A DNA stretch of 64,000 nt from Octopus vulgaris (lineage: Eukaryota), in the NCBI GenBank assembly GCA_951406725.2, contig OX597840.1:21700001-21764000 (forward strand), read 5' to 3'. How positions within the stretch are numbered: position 1 is the stretch's first letter; each line of letters opens with the position of its first letter. Below, piece after piece: positions 40,651 through 53,250 of the stretch. The notes under the pieces are model-generated. The model was not told where the DNA came from. It saw only the letters and a program-made list of their open reading frames with translations, and made no database searches. A program made the position numbers and the translations under genes.

Positions 40651-41057
40651 GTAAATCATTTCAACTTGACAATCTTCTATAAATATATATATTATATAAT
40701 ATTTATTATACACTCGCTCAGATATATATTTATATACATACATACATATATATATATTATACACGCGTAGTATGCAACCATACATCCTTGTATGCAATAT
40801 ACATGTCTGAATATACATATATGTATGTATGTATATATATGTGTGTGTATATATCTTTGCGTGTGAGTGAGGAGGTATTGTCTTCGTTTCTTCTTGAGTT
40901 TCCCCCAAAACAGTTGAAGACTCGAATTTCTCTCTCTTTCCACTTCAACAATCTTCGTTCTCAGACCAGAGCCATTCCGCCCCAACTTTCCACCCTTCCA
41001 CCCGCAACAAGCGACACTTTATTTGTGAGATACTTTAAACACAAAGCACCTTCCTTG

Positions 41058-41067
41058 ATGATTCCAG
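41058..41067 (+). CDS. CNOT2: Candidate CNOT2 first-exon coding end (MIP-, phase 1)
   Basis: ATG ATT CCA G|GTATTT at the end of a pyrimidine-rich leader. Phase-compatible with 46266. Confidence 0.35.
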
Positions 41068-41597
41068 GTATTTAAAACATGCTCCAGAAGGGGGGGGGGG
41101 GCACATGCCTTCCTGCTTTTTCTGTTTTTTGCTTTTTTTTTTATGCTTTTATACTTCTTCACATACTCCACACGCACGCATCAATGTGTAATTATATACA
41201 TTCTGACATTATATTTATATTTATGGACAAACACATAATCTGTATGTTTTCTGGGGGCTTTTTATTTTTTTCCACCTATTTTGTATGTATATCGTTTTTT
41301 TTCTTCTTACACACATCTTTTTGTGGGAGGATGGTGGATCTTGAAGCAAGTAAAGCTATAATAATGTACATATATTGGGTTAAAAAATGCTTTGGAGATA
41401 ATAGAATTATATATATATATATATATATATATGCGTGTGTGTGTATGTATATAAATTTATTATCTGTGTTTTGTAAATGTTGGCGAATCGCGAACATATA
41501 TTAAATTGAATGTTTATTTCGTTTTGTGTTGCTCTCTTTGTCGGTTTTGTTCCCTGCAATTGAGTGCTTGTTAAATTGTTTTTTTTCTTTTCTCCTG

Positions 41598-41638
<41 letters not shown>

Positions 41639-43629
41639 TGTGTGCCTGTCCCTCGTTTCCCCTTTGGTCTATGTGTTGTGCTGGTGTTTCCTTTCTGTGT
41701 CTCCCCCCCAATCTCGTTTCGCTCCACCACCTCCCTGTCTCTCTTCTCTCTCTTTTTCTGTAGTTGGAGAATGTTCACTTTCCTGCTAACACAACCAACA
41801 TATCTACTGTTCCTTTATGTATACGTATATATATATTATACACACACACACACACGATTCCGCTCGCATCTCAGTTGTGTGCTTTTAATCGGTAAATAGA
41901 AATAATCTGGTGTAAGTTTAATGATAGTGTTGGTGCTGATGGTGAATTTAATCTATTGAACCGGTGCTGGGGTCTTTTTCTTTCTATCTTCCTTAGAGCC
42001 ATTGCAAATTACCACAGTTATCCGAAACTAAATTATCATCATCGTAGCTTTCGATTAATATTATTGTTATTGATTTTTTAATAATAGTAATAGTAAAGTT
42101 AAACACGAGACTTTGCAGGAATTTGCTCGGGGGAAGGGAAATAAATATCAGCTCGTGTGATATTCACGCCTTTTGCGAGAACCTCAGCACCACGAAGCGA
42201 AACGGAATGCAGACGGGAATCGAACCAGACTCGTGAAACTTGCCAATGCCCGGCTAATTGTGAGCCTATTATTTCACTTAAGATTAAAACCATGTGTCTT
42301 ATATCTGTATGTATGTATGTGTGTGTGTGTGTATGTATGTGTGTGTGTGTGTGTATAATTTTGTCCAGGTGAAATATTTCTTCCATGACTATCACACACC
42401 ACCCCGTTTCTTTCCTTCGCAATTAGGAGACTTCATTTTGTTTCTTATTTTTTAGTCACTCTGACATTTTCACTTTCTTCAGTTCTAAACGTCACGTCCC
42501 CCCCTATTTTAAATAGTTATTCTCTAAAATTTCAGAAATATTTAATCTTTTCCACACCCGCTTCTATCAAGAACACACGTACAAAAGAAATAAAAAAAAC
42601 GTACTTTTATTTCTATTTTAGTTCAACAAGTTTTTTATAAATCAATGCTTTTGTCTTGTGCAGTGTTAATTACAACTGCACCCCCCCCCGTCTCTTGCTC
42701 CGGGAGAAAGACCACTGTCTCATTTGCAACGAGTGTGGCCTTGTTCCTAAATTAAGAGTTGAGACGAAAGTTCCAGCCAAGACTCTCTTTAATGTCGTTG
42801 GTTTCACTCGGTGCTGGCAGCTCATGTTTTCCTTTTAGGCCGCTGACAGAGCAAGAACAGCGAAAGGAAAATCTTTAGAGAATTTCCGGTTTCAAGTTTA
42901 TGTAGGAAATGGTATTTACTCGAGTTGTTTAGCCCCAGGTCAGCTTTATGATCGAAGGTGTTCCAGCTGTGGCAGTCCAGTTTTTATTTATATAAGAATC
43001 CAATGTGGTCTTCCTTGTCTAAATTATCCAATGTGCCGTATTTACTGGTAAGTCCTGTTTTATAGTGAAAACAAAGCAAAAAAACTAGGGTGCAAATATC
43101 CACAACTATGAAGGTGGGAAAATTTTGTGCTAAGACTTAATACTGAATTAAGGGTGTGACTTAATAAATCTGGTTGTTTCTTTTGTTTTTTGTTTAAGTT
43201 CGGCGGAGTGTGATTTTAGGGAAATTTGGTTACTATTTCTAGCAGATCATTCGTCCACGTAGCGAGGCTCTTATGGCGGCTCGTGGTCGATGGGGTGAGC
43301 GGACGAGTGAGAGGTGAGAACGGTTCACGATGTCTCCTCGTTGCTCTGAATTCACTTCACACAGAAGCAATAAAATAAACAACGTTTGTCTTTTCATTGC
43401 TTCTCTGCGCTCGTTCATAGAAATAAAACCCGACAAGATCGTGGGATTGATTGTTTATGTGTCCAGTCTGAAATATAATGGCTGGGGGGGGGGGCTTGCG
43501 GGGCGCGAGGGGGGCACTGTACATTGTTATGAGTTCGCGTTTTGTGGTCTATACATTGATTAATTAGACGATTGATTACGAGGTCTGCGTGTAATTAACA
43601 TGGACGGTGAGTGTGTGTGTGTTCATGCA

Positions 43630-43665
<36 letters not shown>

Positions 43666-45214
43666 ATAGTCGTAAAACCAATTTAAGCATCTGGCTCAGA
43701 AACGAGGGAGCCAACCTTACCGTTGAGTGACTAGAAGTAATATGTCGGGCAAAACAGTCCTAGATACATAATTGATGAGGTGGTCATGACTGGAACGCCT
43801 CTGATCATAAAGCTGCTCAGACAAGGTTGGCCGGGAGCTAAGTAGCTTTATCACAAACTATCTTTCCGGTTATCGATTTTTTTCTTCCCTTTTTACATTT
43901 GTTTGCATTTGTTCCCTTCTCCATCTCCGTCGTCTTAATCATCCTTCTAATAATAATCATTGCAACATTTGTTTTCCGATGCTGGTGTCGTGTAGATGGA
44001 TCTGGAGGAAGAGCAACGAAACTGGCGTGGGTGCGTGTTTAAGAAGCTTGCTTCCTGTTTCTTTATTAGCCACAAGGGCCCAAACATAGAGGGGGGACAA
44101 TACAGCCTGATTGGGGTCAGACACACAATGATTATATGACTTTTAAAATTCTACAAAATATAACAAAATCGAATGAGATACAACAAGGACAAAATACGAA
44201 GCGGAGAGATGGGTTACGCTCTGACCCCATGAGCCCCATTCTCCTACTGTTTCAGAAGCTTGCTTCCCCGACCATTTGGTCTTCGGTTCAGCCTCGCTGC
44301 ATGGCACGAGTTCTTTCATTTTCTGTCCACCAAATCCAATTGCAAGGATTTGGCCAACCTGAGGCCATAGTAGAAGAATGCCTAAGATGCCACATAGTAG
44401 GACTGAACCTGGCACGCTTGTGGTTGGGAAGTAAACATTTGACAGAATAATCTGAAGGCTAAAGATTTGACTTAGCATAATCTTGTGTTCATGAGGAGTT
44501 AACACAAATGTATTTTGATGTCCGTTTTGCATTAGTATCTTTCATAGTAGCCTTGGTTTTGGTCAACTGCTATTCAAAAGAAAGAACCAAATGAAAGCCA
44601 AATGTGAGTTATTACCTGGTGCTGAATAACAAACAAATATTTAGTGAATTATTACAAATATTTACTAACAGCTGATATTGTTTATGATTTCAACTAAGCA
44701 AAGTCTAAAATACACTCTTGGCAAATCTAAAATATTTTGATTTTCACATGTAATAATAATAATTTTTAACAAGCATTAAACCTCATAGACTGGATTAACG
44801 TTTGCTTCATAAATTGTTTTCATGTCAGCACAGGGCCTGAAATTTTGTGGATAAGCAGTCATCACCATTGTCATTGCTTTAACATCCACTTTACCACTTT
44901 TGCATAAGTTTGAATATGTTGAGATTGATTTTCTATGGCCGAATGCCTTCCTGTCATTAACCCTCACCTGTTTCATGGTCAGACAGGTTTTCACAGAACA
45001 TTGGAAACAGTATCTGAGGGAGAAGAATCTTTGGCCTGATTACTTTTAAAGATGGCTGTTGTAGAGGAAATATTTTTGGTTTTGTATTAAGACTTGCCAA
45101 TCATTCAATGGAAAGCAGAAGGTTCTTTTATAATCATCCAACATAACTTCTGGTCAATGAGATTTTCTTTTATGAATATTAACTTCATCTTCAGAGTTGA
45201 AAAAGTAATATTTA

Positions 45215-45404
45215 CCCTTTCGTTACCGTATTTATTTAAATAAAACAGAGAATTTAGTAAAATAACTTAGTTATCATTAAGCTAGTGTTAAGAACATAAA
45301 TTGTGACCATGGTTTGGTGGAAGATTTTAATTCAAAACTTACGAAAACAAGACATTTGTACTACGGAGCCAGAGACGGTTTCAGCTGGGTTGGTATTGAA
45401 AGGG
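45215..45404. mobile_element. piggyBac-type MITE (family 1)
   Basis: CCCTTTCGTTAC ... GAAAGGG|TTAA, with the same body as 9335. Confidence 0.8.
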
Positions 45405-46265
45405 TTAACCCTTAAACAGCAGACATCTTCAATTGATGTTCCAAAAATTTTTACATGGATGTGGCCACTAATCAGGTAGATAGCTTAGCATCTATTTCGT
45501 GCCTAACTGTAAAGTGATCCTTATTAATGGAAGAAACCAAGTGGCAACGATGAGGTTTTTGTCATCAGATAAAGTAGATGATGATGATGATGGTGCTCTA
45601 GAAAGTACAGAAGAAAGGGATGCTTCAAATAGCTCTGGACGGGGAAACATACACAGTTTTCTCCAGCATTTTAATATAAAAATTGCTGGTACAAGGCCAG
45701 CAATTTTGGGGTTGAGGGTCAGTTGATTATATCGACCCCCTACTTCTCCGGTGCTCTGCTTGTACTTTTATCAACCCCAAAAGGACGTAAGGCAATGTTG
45801 ACCTCGGCAGAATTTAAACTTAAGACAAATGAAATGCCGCAGAGCATTTTGCCTGGTTTGATAACAATTCCTGCCACTTCACTGCCTTATTTTCATTAAA
45901 AAATAAAATATTAAATTTACAAATCTAAAATTTCTTTTATTGCCCCTTTTGTCTTTACTTTTAGAACCCAACATTTAAAATATCATTTTCATAGTTTTTT
46001 CCTCATCTGACATAAATCAAAAATAAGTATAAAAATCGCCATTAAGATAAAATAAATATATTTTTGTGTTTTTCCCATTTGACACACATTCATACAATTC
46101 TTGCTGCTGTTCAAGGGTTAGTGAATAGATATAAATATCAAAAGAAAACACTTTTATCTCTAAAGAAGAGTTCAAAAGTTTTTTAAAAAATGTATTTATT
46201 CAGTGACTTTTTGTATATTTTTACTTAGAACTGTTTACTAAATATTTTTTTTCTTCTATCTACAG

Positions 46266-46301
46266 AAGATTTGGAGCTGACCACTTTTCCTGGAATGCTC
46301 A
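46266..46301 (+). CDS. CNOT2: Candidate 36-nt CNOT2 upstream exon (EDLELTTFPGML, or 5' UTR)
   Basis: Strong acceptor TTTTTTTTCTTCTATCTACAG| and donor |GTAAGT. Confidence 0.55.
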
Positions 46302-46355
46302 GTAAGTATAATGTCATTTTTGTGAGAGGGAGAGAGAGAGCATCTCTTTATAATA

Positions 46356-46852
46356 TTGGGTTGACAACTAAGTTCCTGCCGTTTTTTAAAATTAAAATTT
46401 TTTTCAAAGGTTTAATAAAAAAAATAACAACTAATTAATCAATAATGTATTCACCCTTGTTGTTTACAACTTCTTCCCAACGTTCAATAAGATTTTCAAT
46501 ACTTTGTTGGTAGAAATCACCAGATTTCGACTTGAAAATTTGATCCAACCAATCTCTCAATTCTTCATCAGGATTGAACAAAACTCCATGCATAGCATTT
46601 GAAAGAGATCGAAAGAGGTGGAAATCTGTTGGTGCCAAATCAGTAGAGTATGGCAGGTGTGGCAGCACTTCCCAGCCATGCGTTTGAACGGGCTTCCTTG
46701 GTCATATTGGCGATATGAGGGCGGGCATTGTCATGCAGCAGAAGACCTCCATGCTGACGATTAAGTTTTCTCTCTTGAATAGCCATGTTGAGTCCTCCCA
46801 TCTGTTGAACATAGAGTTCTGCGTTGACCGTTGGGTTCCGTTCAAGCCTGTC
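46356..46852 (-). mobile_element. Mariner transposon 3' fragment with TIR
   Basis: LLHDNARPH...LPHLPYSTDLAPTDFHLFRSLSN...RWEEVVNNKGEYI, and the terminus TA|TTGGGTTGACAACTAAGTT. Confidence 0.9.
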
Positions 46853-47130
46853 ATGTATATATATACAGCGCCGCCTTGACTGGCTTCTTTGCCGGTGGCA
46901 CGTTAAAAGCACTAACCGATCGTGGCCGATGCCAGACTACCCTGGCACCTGTGCCAGTGGCACGTAAAAAGCACCAACTACACTCGCGGAGTGGTTGGCG
47001 TTAGGAAGGGCATCCAGCTGTAGAAACACTGCCAGATCAGACTGGGCCTGATGCAGCCTTCTGGCTTCCCAGACCCCAGTTGAAACATCCAACCCGTGCT
47101 AGCACGGAAAACGGACTTTAAACGATGATG

Positions 47131-47169
<39 letters not shown>

Positions 47170-47393
47170 ACTGTTTGCCCCCTCCCCTCACCATTTGACA
47201 ACTGGTGTTATGTTTATATCATTGTAACTTAGCAGTTTGGCAAAAAAAGACCAATAGAATAAGTGGTAAGCTTAAAAAATAAGTCCTAGGCTTGATTTGT
47301 GTGACTAAAAAAATCCCTTGAAGGTGACTGAAATGAGTAAAAGAAGAGGGTATGTCTTTTTTGTTGAATGATGAAATGAGTGGGGGAGATTTA

Positions 47394-47461
47394 ATTTGTT
47401 TCTTTGTGAATTAAGGCTGCCGTGAAACCAATGGTAGCCTTAATTCACAAAGAAAGCAAAT
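47394..47461 (+). ncRNA. Pre-miRNA-like intronic hairpin
   Basis: 25 contiguous pairs (2 G:U), a 1-nt bulge, 5 more pairs and a 7-nt loop. The hairpin is certain; a miRNA function is inferred. Confidence 0.4.
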
Positions 47462-47572
47462 CTAAAACCAATTGTAAATGTGGCTGCCTTAAACGCTGTT
47501 TCTTTCAGATATCCTTTAGAAAGAAAAGGAGAAACAGGTGACTTATCTGCTGGTAGCAACACAACTCCAAAC

Positions 47573-47626
47573 ATGATTGGACTACAGCAGCAGCAACCAC
47601 AGCAGCAGCCGCCACCACCATCGCAG

Positions 47627-47660
<34 letters not shown>

Positions 47661-47677
47661 CACCTAAAGCCAGAAAG
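47573..47677 (+). CDS. CNOT2: CNOT2 coding exon (MIGL-polyQ/P-PPKARK); exon begins at 47509 or 47520
   Basis: ATG in AACATGA context and a phase-0 donor AAG|GTAACC. The junction ARK|TFFEE matches the CNOT2 N-terminal RKKFVEG-type motif. Confidence 0.8.
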
Positions 47678-48496
47678 GTAACCAGGGCTTGCTTTCTTCA
47701 TTCATATTTCACCTCCAGTCTTGGAACCATCTTTTGAGAAAGTTATTAATGTTGCAGTTTCATGTAATGGATGTCGTGTGATTTTTAGGTTGATTAACTG
47801 TATTTCAACCATGACAAACCCTGTAGAATAGAACCAACTAGTTTCATCCATCCTTACAGCTCATCAGGATTCATTTGCTTCTATATGGATATCAGTCTGG
47901 ATATGTATTTATTTATAAATCACACATTTTACTCTGGTAACACACACACACACTGGATTGTCAAATTTTTTCTCTCCCCACCCCATTTATTTTAATATCC
48001 ATTTTTCATGTGTCTGTGAAGAGGTATTCATTCATTCAAATTTCAGAAACAACAAACAAAAGTTGTAGGAGAAGAATATAGCTACAAAATTATTTTTAAA
48101 AAAACCTATAAAATATGATTAAAATATCTTTTGTGTGAATTCAAATAATGTTGGAAAGAAACAAACAAATTTATCTGACAACCCAATGTGTTAATTGGTG
48201 ATACACACTTGCAAGCATGAAAACGGTGATGGGGGTTGAAGAGTGCATTTTGCACCAAAAGACTACTATGAGAATTTCTCTCCTGGTAACTACCAAAGTA
48301 AAGTTTATTCTAAGAACATCCATTATTTAAGTGGGGATAAGCATCACATCTCCGTATTAATACTGGTTCTGTTACTAATATATATTTCGACATCTGGGCC
48401 TTTTGCCTATATGGACCCCTATATTTCTCTCATTACATTCTACCTCCACTCTCCCTTCCATTACTCCCAATATTCTCTCTCTATTTTCTCCTACTC

Positions 48497-48815
48497 CAGG
48501 GGTTTTCAACCATTTTTTATTTATGCACCCCTTAGATTCTTTTATCCTGGTGGACCCCTATTGCCATTCAAGATTTACAAACTAGTTTTATGGAAATTTG
48601 TCAAAATTCCTATTTTGTCTTTCTCACATTAACTTGTGTAGGTTGAACTCTGTAAAATATCAAAGAAACCCAGCTGTTTCTTGCAATACATACCACTACA
48701 TATATCTAAAACAAATTTTTTTCAAAGGCCCTTAAAATATTATTATAGATCCCCAGTTTACTATTTTGTTATGTGGACTCCCCAAGATCTTCTATGGACC
48801 CCTGTTGAGAGCCAC
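48497..48815. mobile_element. Old hAT-type MITE
   Basis: CAGGGGTTTTCAAC start, repeated TGGACCCC subterminal motifs and a degenerate GTTGAGAGCCAC end. Confidence 0.5.
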
Positions 48816-49745
48816 CATCCTACCCCTTCCACATTTCCACCTCATTTTCTCTTTTATACTCTTGCTTCATTCTTCATCTGAGTTCATCTTCTGTAGTTGT
48901 TTTCTCTTATATTCACTTTATTGGTCACATAAACGTAATAGGGCAGTGATGAATAACCCCTTTTGCCTTCCTGGATATATGCTGCCCCATGATGAAAAAA
49001 TTCTCTTTGTACACTCTGTAAAGTGGTCAGTGAAAGAAGGGAAACAACATACGGTTGGACCTGACAACCTCTTTAGTGTTGGTGTCCCTATAAAATGTAC
49101 CCAGTGTACACTGTAAGGTGGTTGGTGTTAGAAAAGGCTCTTAATAGTAGAAATTATACCAGACTTTAAATGTATGAGAGAAGTGGTCTCCTAACCTATT
49201 TAAGCAGATGATAACATCAAATAAATTGTGGCTCAGACTGTGATGATGCATCCAACCCATGCCAGCAAAGAAAAGCAGATGTAAAAATGAGTGATGATGA
49301 TGAATGTATAGACTAGGTTACTCATAAGGACTGAAAACACTTGGTTTGAGCATAAGACGAAAGAGGAGATTTTGGGGATACATTCCACTCATTTCTAGGA
49401 TAATCGTTCAATACAGAATAACGTTTGTTGGTTGCTGTTATTGTGCTGAACACCTGTGTCAGAGGTTATATTTTGGAGACAAAGGTCACTTACCTGCATA
49501 AATGTTATTGGCAAAGACAGGTGTCTTGACATAGAAGAGATACATAGGGGTATCCCTGAAGATGTGTCAGGGTGGATACACACACAGAAATATTCTTTTC
49601 TCCTCATTTCTATAGAACCACCATTTTCTTCATCCTTTTTTCCCCTTTTTTGTAATTTGTCCTCATAATATTCTCATTAATTGCCCTTGTGGCAAATAAA
49701 AAATGACCATTCTTTTTATTAATTGAAATTTTTTTTTTCTTCCAG

Positions 49746-49811
49746 ACTTTTTTTGAAGAGGAGGATGAACCTAGTTTTTATATGCCCCAAATTTTTAGAC
49801 CTGACAAAGAG
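49746..49811 (+). CDS. CNOT2: CNOT2 exon (TFFEEEDEPSFYMPQIFRPDKE)
   Basis: Poly-T TTCCAG| acceptor, |GTAAGA donor, phase 0-0. Resembles vertebrate FVEG..ENMYYSQSSMF..RSEKD. Confidence 0.88.
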
Positions 49812-50014
49812 GTAAGATTTCTTCTGAACATTTAAATAGTTTTTAAAATGAAATTCAGTTTACAACCACAAGGTTGTAAAAAAAATCTTTCTTTAAAAAG
49901 CCTTTTGTTAGGAAAGCAATGCAATGAATTTAATAATAATAATAGTTTAGGTACTTCTTGCTGTGTTGATTTAGAATTGAAGTTTTAAATGTATTCCATT
50001 TCTCTTCCCGACAG

Positions 50015-50075
50015 GTTTTGACATCACAATCCCCATCACAGTTATCTACATTAACAAGTCACTTTTATAACCAGA
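50015..50075 (+). CDS. CNOT2: CNOT2 exon (VLTSQSPSQLSTLTSHFYNQ)
   Basis: GACAG| acceptor, |GTAAGT donor, phase 0-1. Resembles MLASPSTSGQLSQFGASLYGQQ. Confidence 0.85.
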
Positions 50076-51999
50076 GTAAGTGGTCTTATAATAGTTTATT
50101 ATTAATTCTCTTAGTGTTATTGTTGATTAGTCTTAGGTTAGTCCTGACTGAGTGGATCTATGATCAAAGGCTTCCAGCCATGACCATCTGGTCTGTTTTG
50201 TTGAGACATTATTCTCTGATTAAAGTTTTCTCTACAGATTGTCTGCAGAAATTAGAAATGTAAACCTTGCAATCGAAGATAGAGACATCAGGGTTGGCTT
50301 GAATTTCTATGGAAAACCATGATTGACTAGCACTGTGAGGTGGGGCGCAGTATTGACTTACCACCCTTTAATGTGCTCGGTAGTATATTATGATTATGGT
50401 TGCATAATGAAACGCGGTGTCCTTACAAGCAATTAATATTATTCCCAGAGTTCTTTTCTGAGCCATTAGCCTGTGATTCGGGGGGCATTTCGGCTGCTAT
50501 TGTCAGCAGTTTAAGTGACCTCTTAGTCTAGACTTTTTTTTTTTTTTAAGTAATGGGGTCATATAGAATTCGTTATCATGAGGTGGACCATCATCATCAT
50601 CATCATCGTTTAACATCCACCTTCCATGCAGGCATGGGTTGGACGGTTTCACAAGAGTTGGCTAGGTAGAAGGCTGCACCAGGCTTCAGTGTCTGTTTTG
50701 GGATGGTTTTTTATGGCTGGGTGCCCTTCTGACCACCAACCACCGAGCAAAGTGGACTGAGTGCTTTCTACATGGCACCAGCACAGGCAAGGTCAGTTGT
50801 GGCATGATGTTTACAGCTGGATGCCCTTCCAAATGCCAACCACTTCACAGTGTGGACTGTGCCATTCAGAAAGTCCCAGAAGCTGTAGTTTGCCCCTGAC
50901 TGACTTAGAAGCTCCCTCATTGGCTTGTTGTCTTGTTCTGATTTAGTAAAGTTTGTGTGTTGTAGGATGTGAGGAATCTGAAGTTTCATCTGTAAAACCA
51001 CAGCTTTTAACCAAATTTGATGGTATGTAAGACACTTTTTTCCCCCTCAAAAAATTCACCCCAGGTCCTGTGTGTGAAGCTTGGTCTATGTTATATGCTT
51101 CAATGTATTAAAACCGTTTTCACCTGCTGAAATTGAGGATGCATTTAATCTTTCCACGTGTGTTTTATACCATGAGATATGGTTTATATATATATACTGT
51201 ATATAAGATACCTTTGCTACATGTAGCAGAGATTGAACTCTCCACTTTTATGTGCGTCGTTGTCTGCAAACACCTTTATCCACAAGGCCAACGAGACAGC
51301 AACATATATAAATACAATTATAATATTTGTTAATTGATATTTTCTAAAGTAAAAATATATTTTAAAAAATTAAATAATATTTAAACCTTTGAATCTAACC
51401 TACCTTTTAAAAATAGTTCCATATTTAAAAAGCACTGGTTTTGGTGCCACGTAAAAAGCACACAGTACATTGTGAAAAGTGATTGGTGTTATGAAGGGCA
51501 TCCAGCCATAGAAACCATGCCAAACCAGGCAATGGAACCTGGTGCCAACCCATGCTAGAATGGAAGATGGACATTGAATGATGATGATGATGATCTTATA
51601 GTATGATGGATAAATGAGGTTTCAATTGATCAACTCCAGCATTTAGTACTAACATATAAAGTTACAGTCATGGCTGTGTGGTTAAAAAGTTAACTTTGTA
51701 ACCATGTGGTTTAGGGTTCAGTCCCACTTTGCTGCACCATCAGTAGTGAAGTATCATGGGCTGACCAATAGTTTGTCAATGAATTTGGTAGATAAAAACT
51801 AGTGGTGACACAGTTTGGTCGAGCTGTTTTGTTGCTGATGATTTGACATGACTATTTCTGAAAAACTTGTCCATTGTTAGAAGCTTTCCTTATTTCTCAT
51901 TTCCTTTTTTTTTTTTTTTTTTTTTTTTGTAGTGTAAAGTATAAATATGGGTAATTCAGTGTCTTTATTATATTATGTATTTTCTTTCCTTCCTGCCAG

Positions 52000-52068
52000 T
52001 GAAATATACGAACACGATGCCCTTGTCAAACCCTAATACAGACTGGATGTCACAAAATGGATGGCCTG
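52000..52068 (+). CDS. CNOT2: Candidate CNOT2 symmetric cassette exon (MKYTNTMPLSNPNTDWMSQNGWP)
   Basis: Good acceptor TTTCTTTCCTTCCTGCCAG|, weak donor |GTTTGT, 69 nt, phase 1-1, open frame. Confidence 0.55.
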
Positions 52069-53108
52069 GTTTGTAAAAAGAAACTTTTTTTCTTCTAGCC
52101 TGTTTTATTGTTGTTTATTAGCTCACATGTAACCCTATCCATTGTCATTCAACCGTGACTCAGGTCATGTACCAGTTAATGTTAGATTACCCAAGACAAA
52201 GTTTCATTGTTACCTTGGCCCAGATCAGACTCAATTGAGCAGAAATGCGATCAAAGGCATTTTCACTATGGCCATTGTTGAATGTATCTTTATATAAGAC
52301 TAGAGTGTGATTTGAAGGAGATTTGGTTGCTTTTTCTAGTAGATCTGTTGACTGCATAGGCACTTTCTCTGGTGTAACACAATGGCTTTTTGAACATGTT
52401 GTTCAGTTCATTTTTAATGCTCTCACCAGGATATTAAGTAGAAAGGTCCTCTCTTTTTTAGCTCTTGCTATGACTCATTTGGAAGTACTGGATAATTTTT
52501 CTCAAGCAGTGTTTTACGGCCAAATGCCTTGCTGCTGTTGACTTAGCTGGTTGTCAAATAGACACAAATGAAGCATGGACATGACATGACCTGTTTTATT
52601 TACTTTGTGTGGGAGAAACAAACTTGTGTAGTGGCTATGATGCTGGACTCGTGTATGCTTAATCCTTTAGCATTTAAACTGGCTATATTTGGCCTAAATA
52701 TGCTACTGTTCTAACCAGCCAGATCCAGCCTATTACATGTACCCTTCAATGCCATTCTAAAAATATACAATCGCATCATCAAAATTTAATGCATGGTTAA
52801 TTGAAAACAATGTGAATGAAAAAAACATGTCTGACCAGAGGAAAATATCACTTTGGAGACTGGTGAGGGTTGGCTTCAGGAAGGGCATCCAGCTGTAGAA
52901 AATCTGCTCTGACTCTCTTTCACCCATGCAGCATAGAAAAGTAGACACTAAAATGATTGTGTGTGTGTGTACATGTGTTTAATGAAATTAAATTTTTTTT
53001 TTAAATCTTTAAATAAAATAGAAAAGAACAATATCTAACTTTCTTGTTCATTTAGATAAACGAGATATTATAGAATTATAATTGCAGACTTAATTTCTGT
53101 ATTTTTAG

Positions 53109-53250
53109 ATCTCAACAGTTCACAGATGCCTCCTCGAAGTCTAGGTGGCTCACAGTTTCCACGCACTAATCAGGGTCATGTTACACCAACAAATATAAAC
53201 CCAAACTTTTCTTTAGGTCTACCACCATTGACGCAAGCGTCCCCAAGCAG
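53109..53250 (+). CDS. CNOT2: CNOT2 exon (LNSSQMPPRSLGGSQF...GHVTPT...ASPSR)
   Basis: TTTTAG| acceptor, AG|GTAAAA donor, phase 1-2. HVTPT and SPSR motifs as in vertebrate CNOT2. Confidence 0.9.

Noticed and set aside
42195-42270. tRNA gene on the minus strand (GGTTCGATTCCC)
   Set aside because: B-box only, with no acceptor stem. Probably a worn SINE head.
49859-49880. 9-bp intronic hairpin TTTACAACC-ACAA-GGTTGTAAA
   Set aside because: Too short and AT-rich to distinguish from chance.
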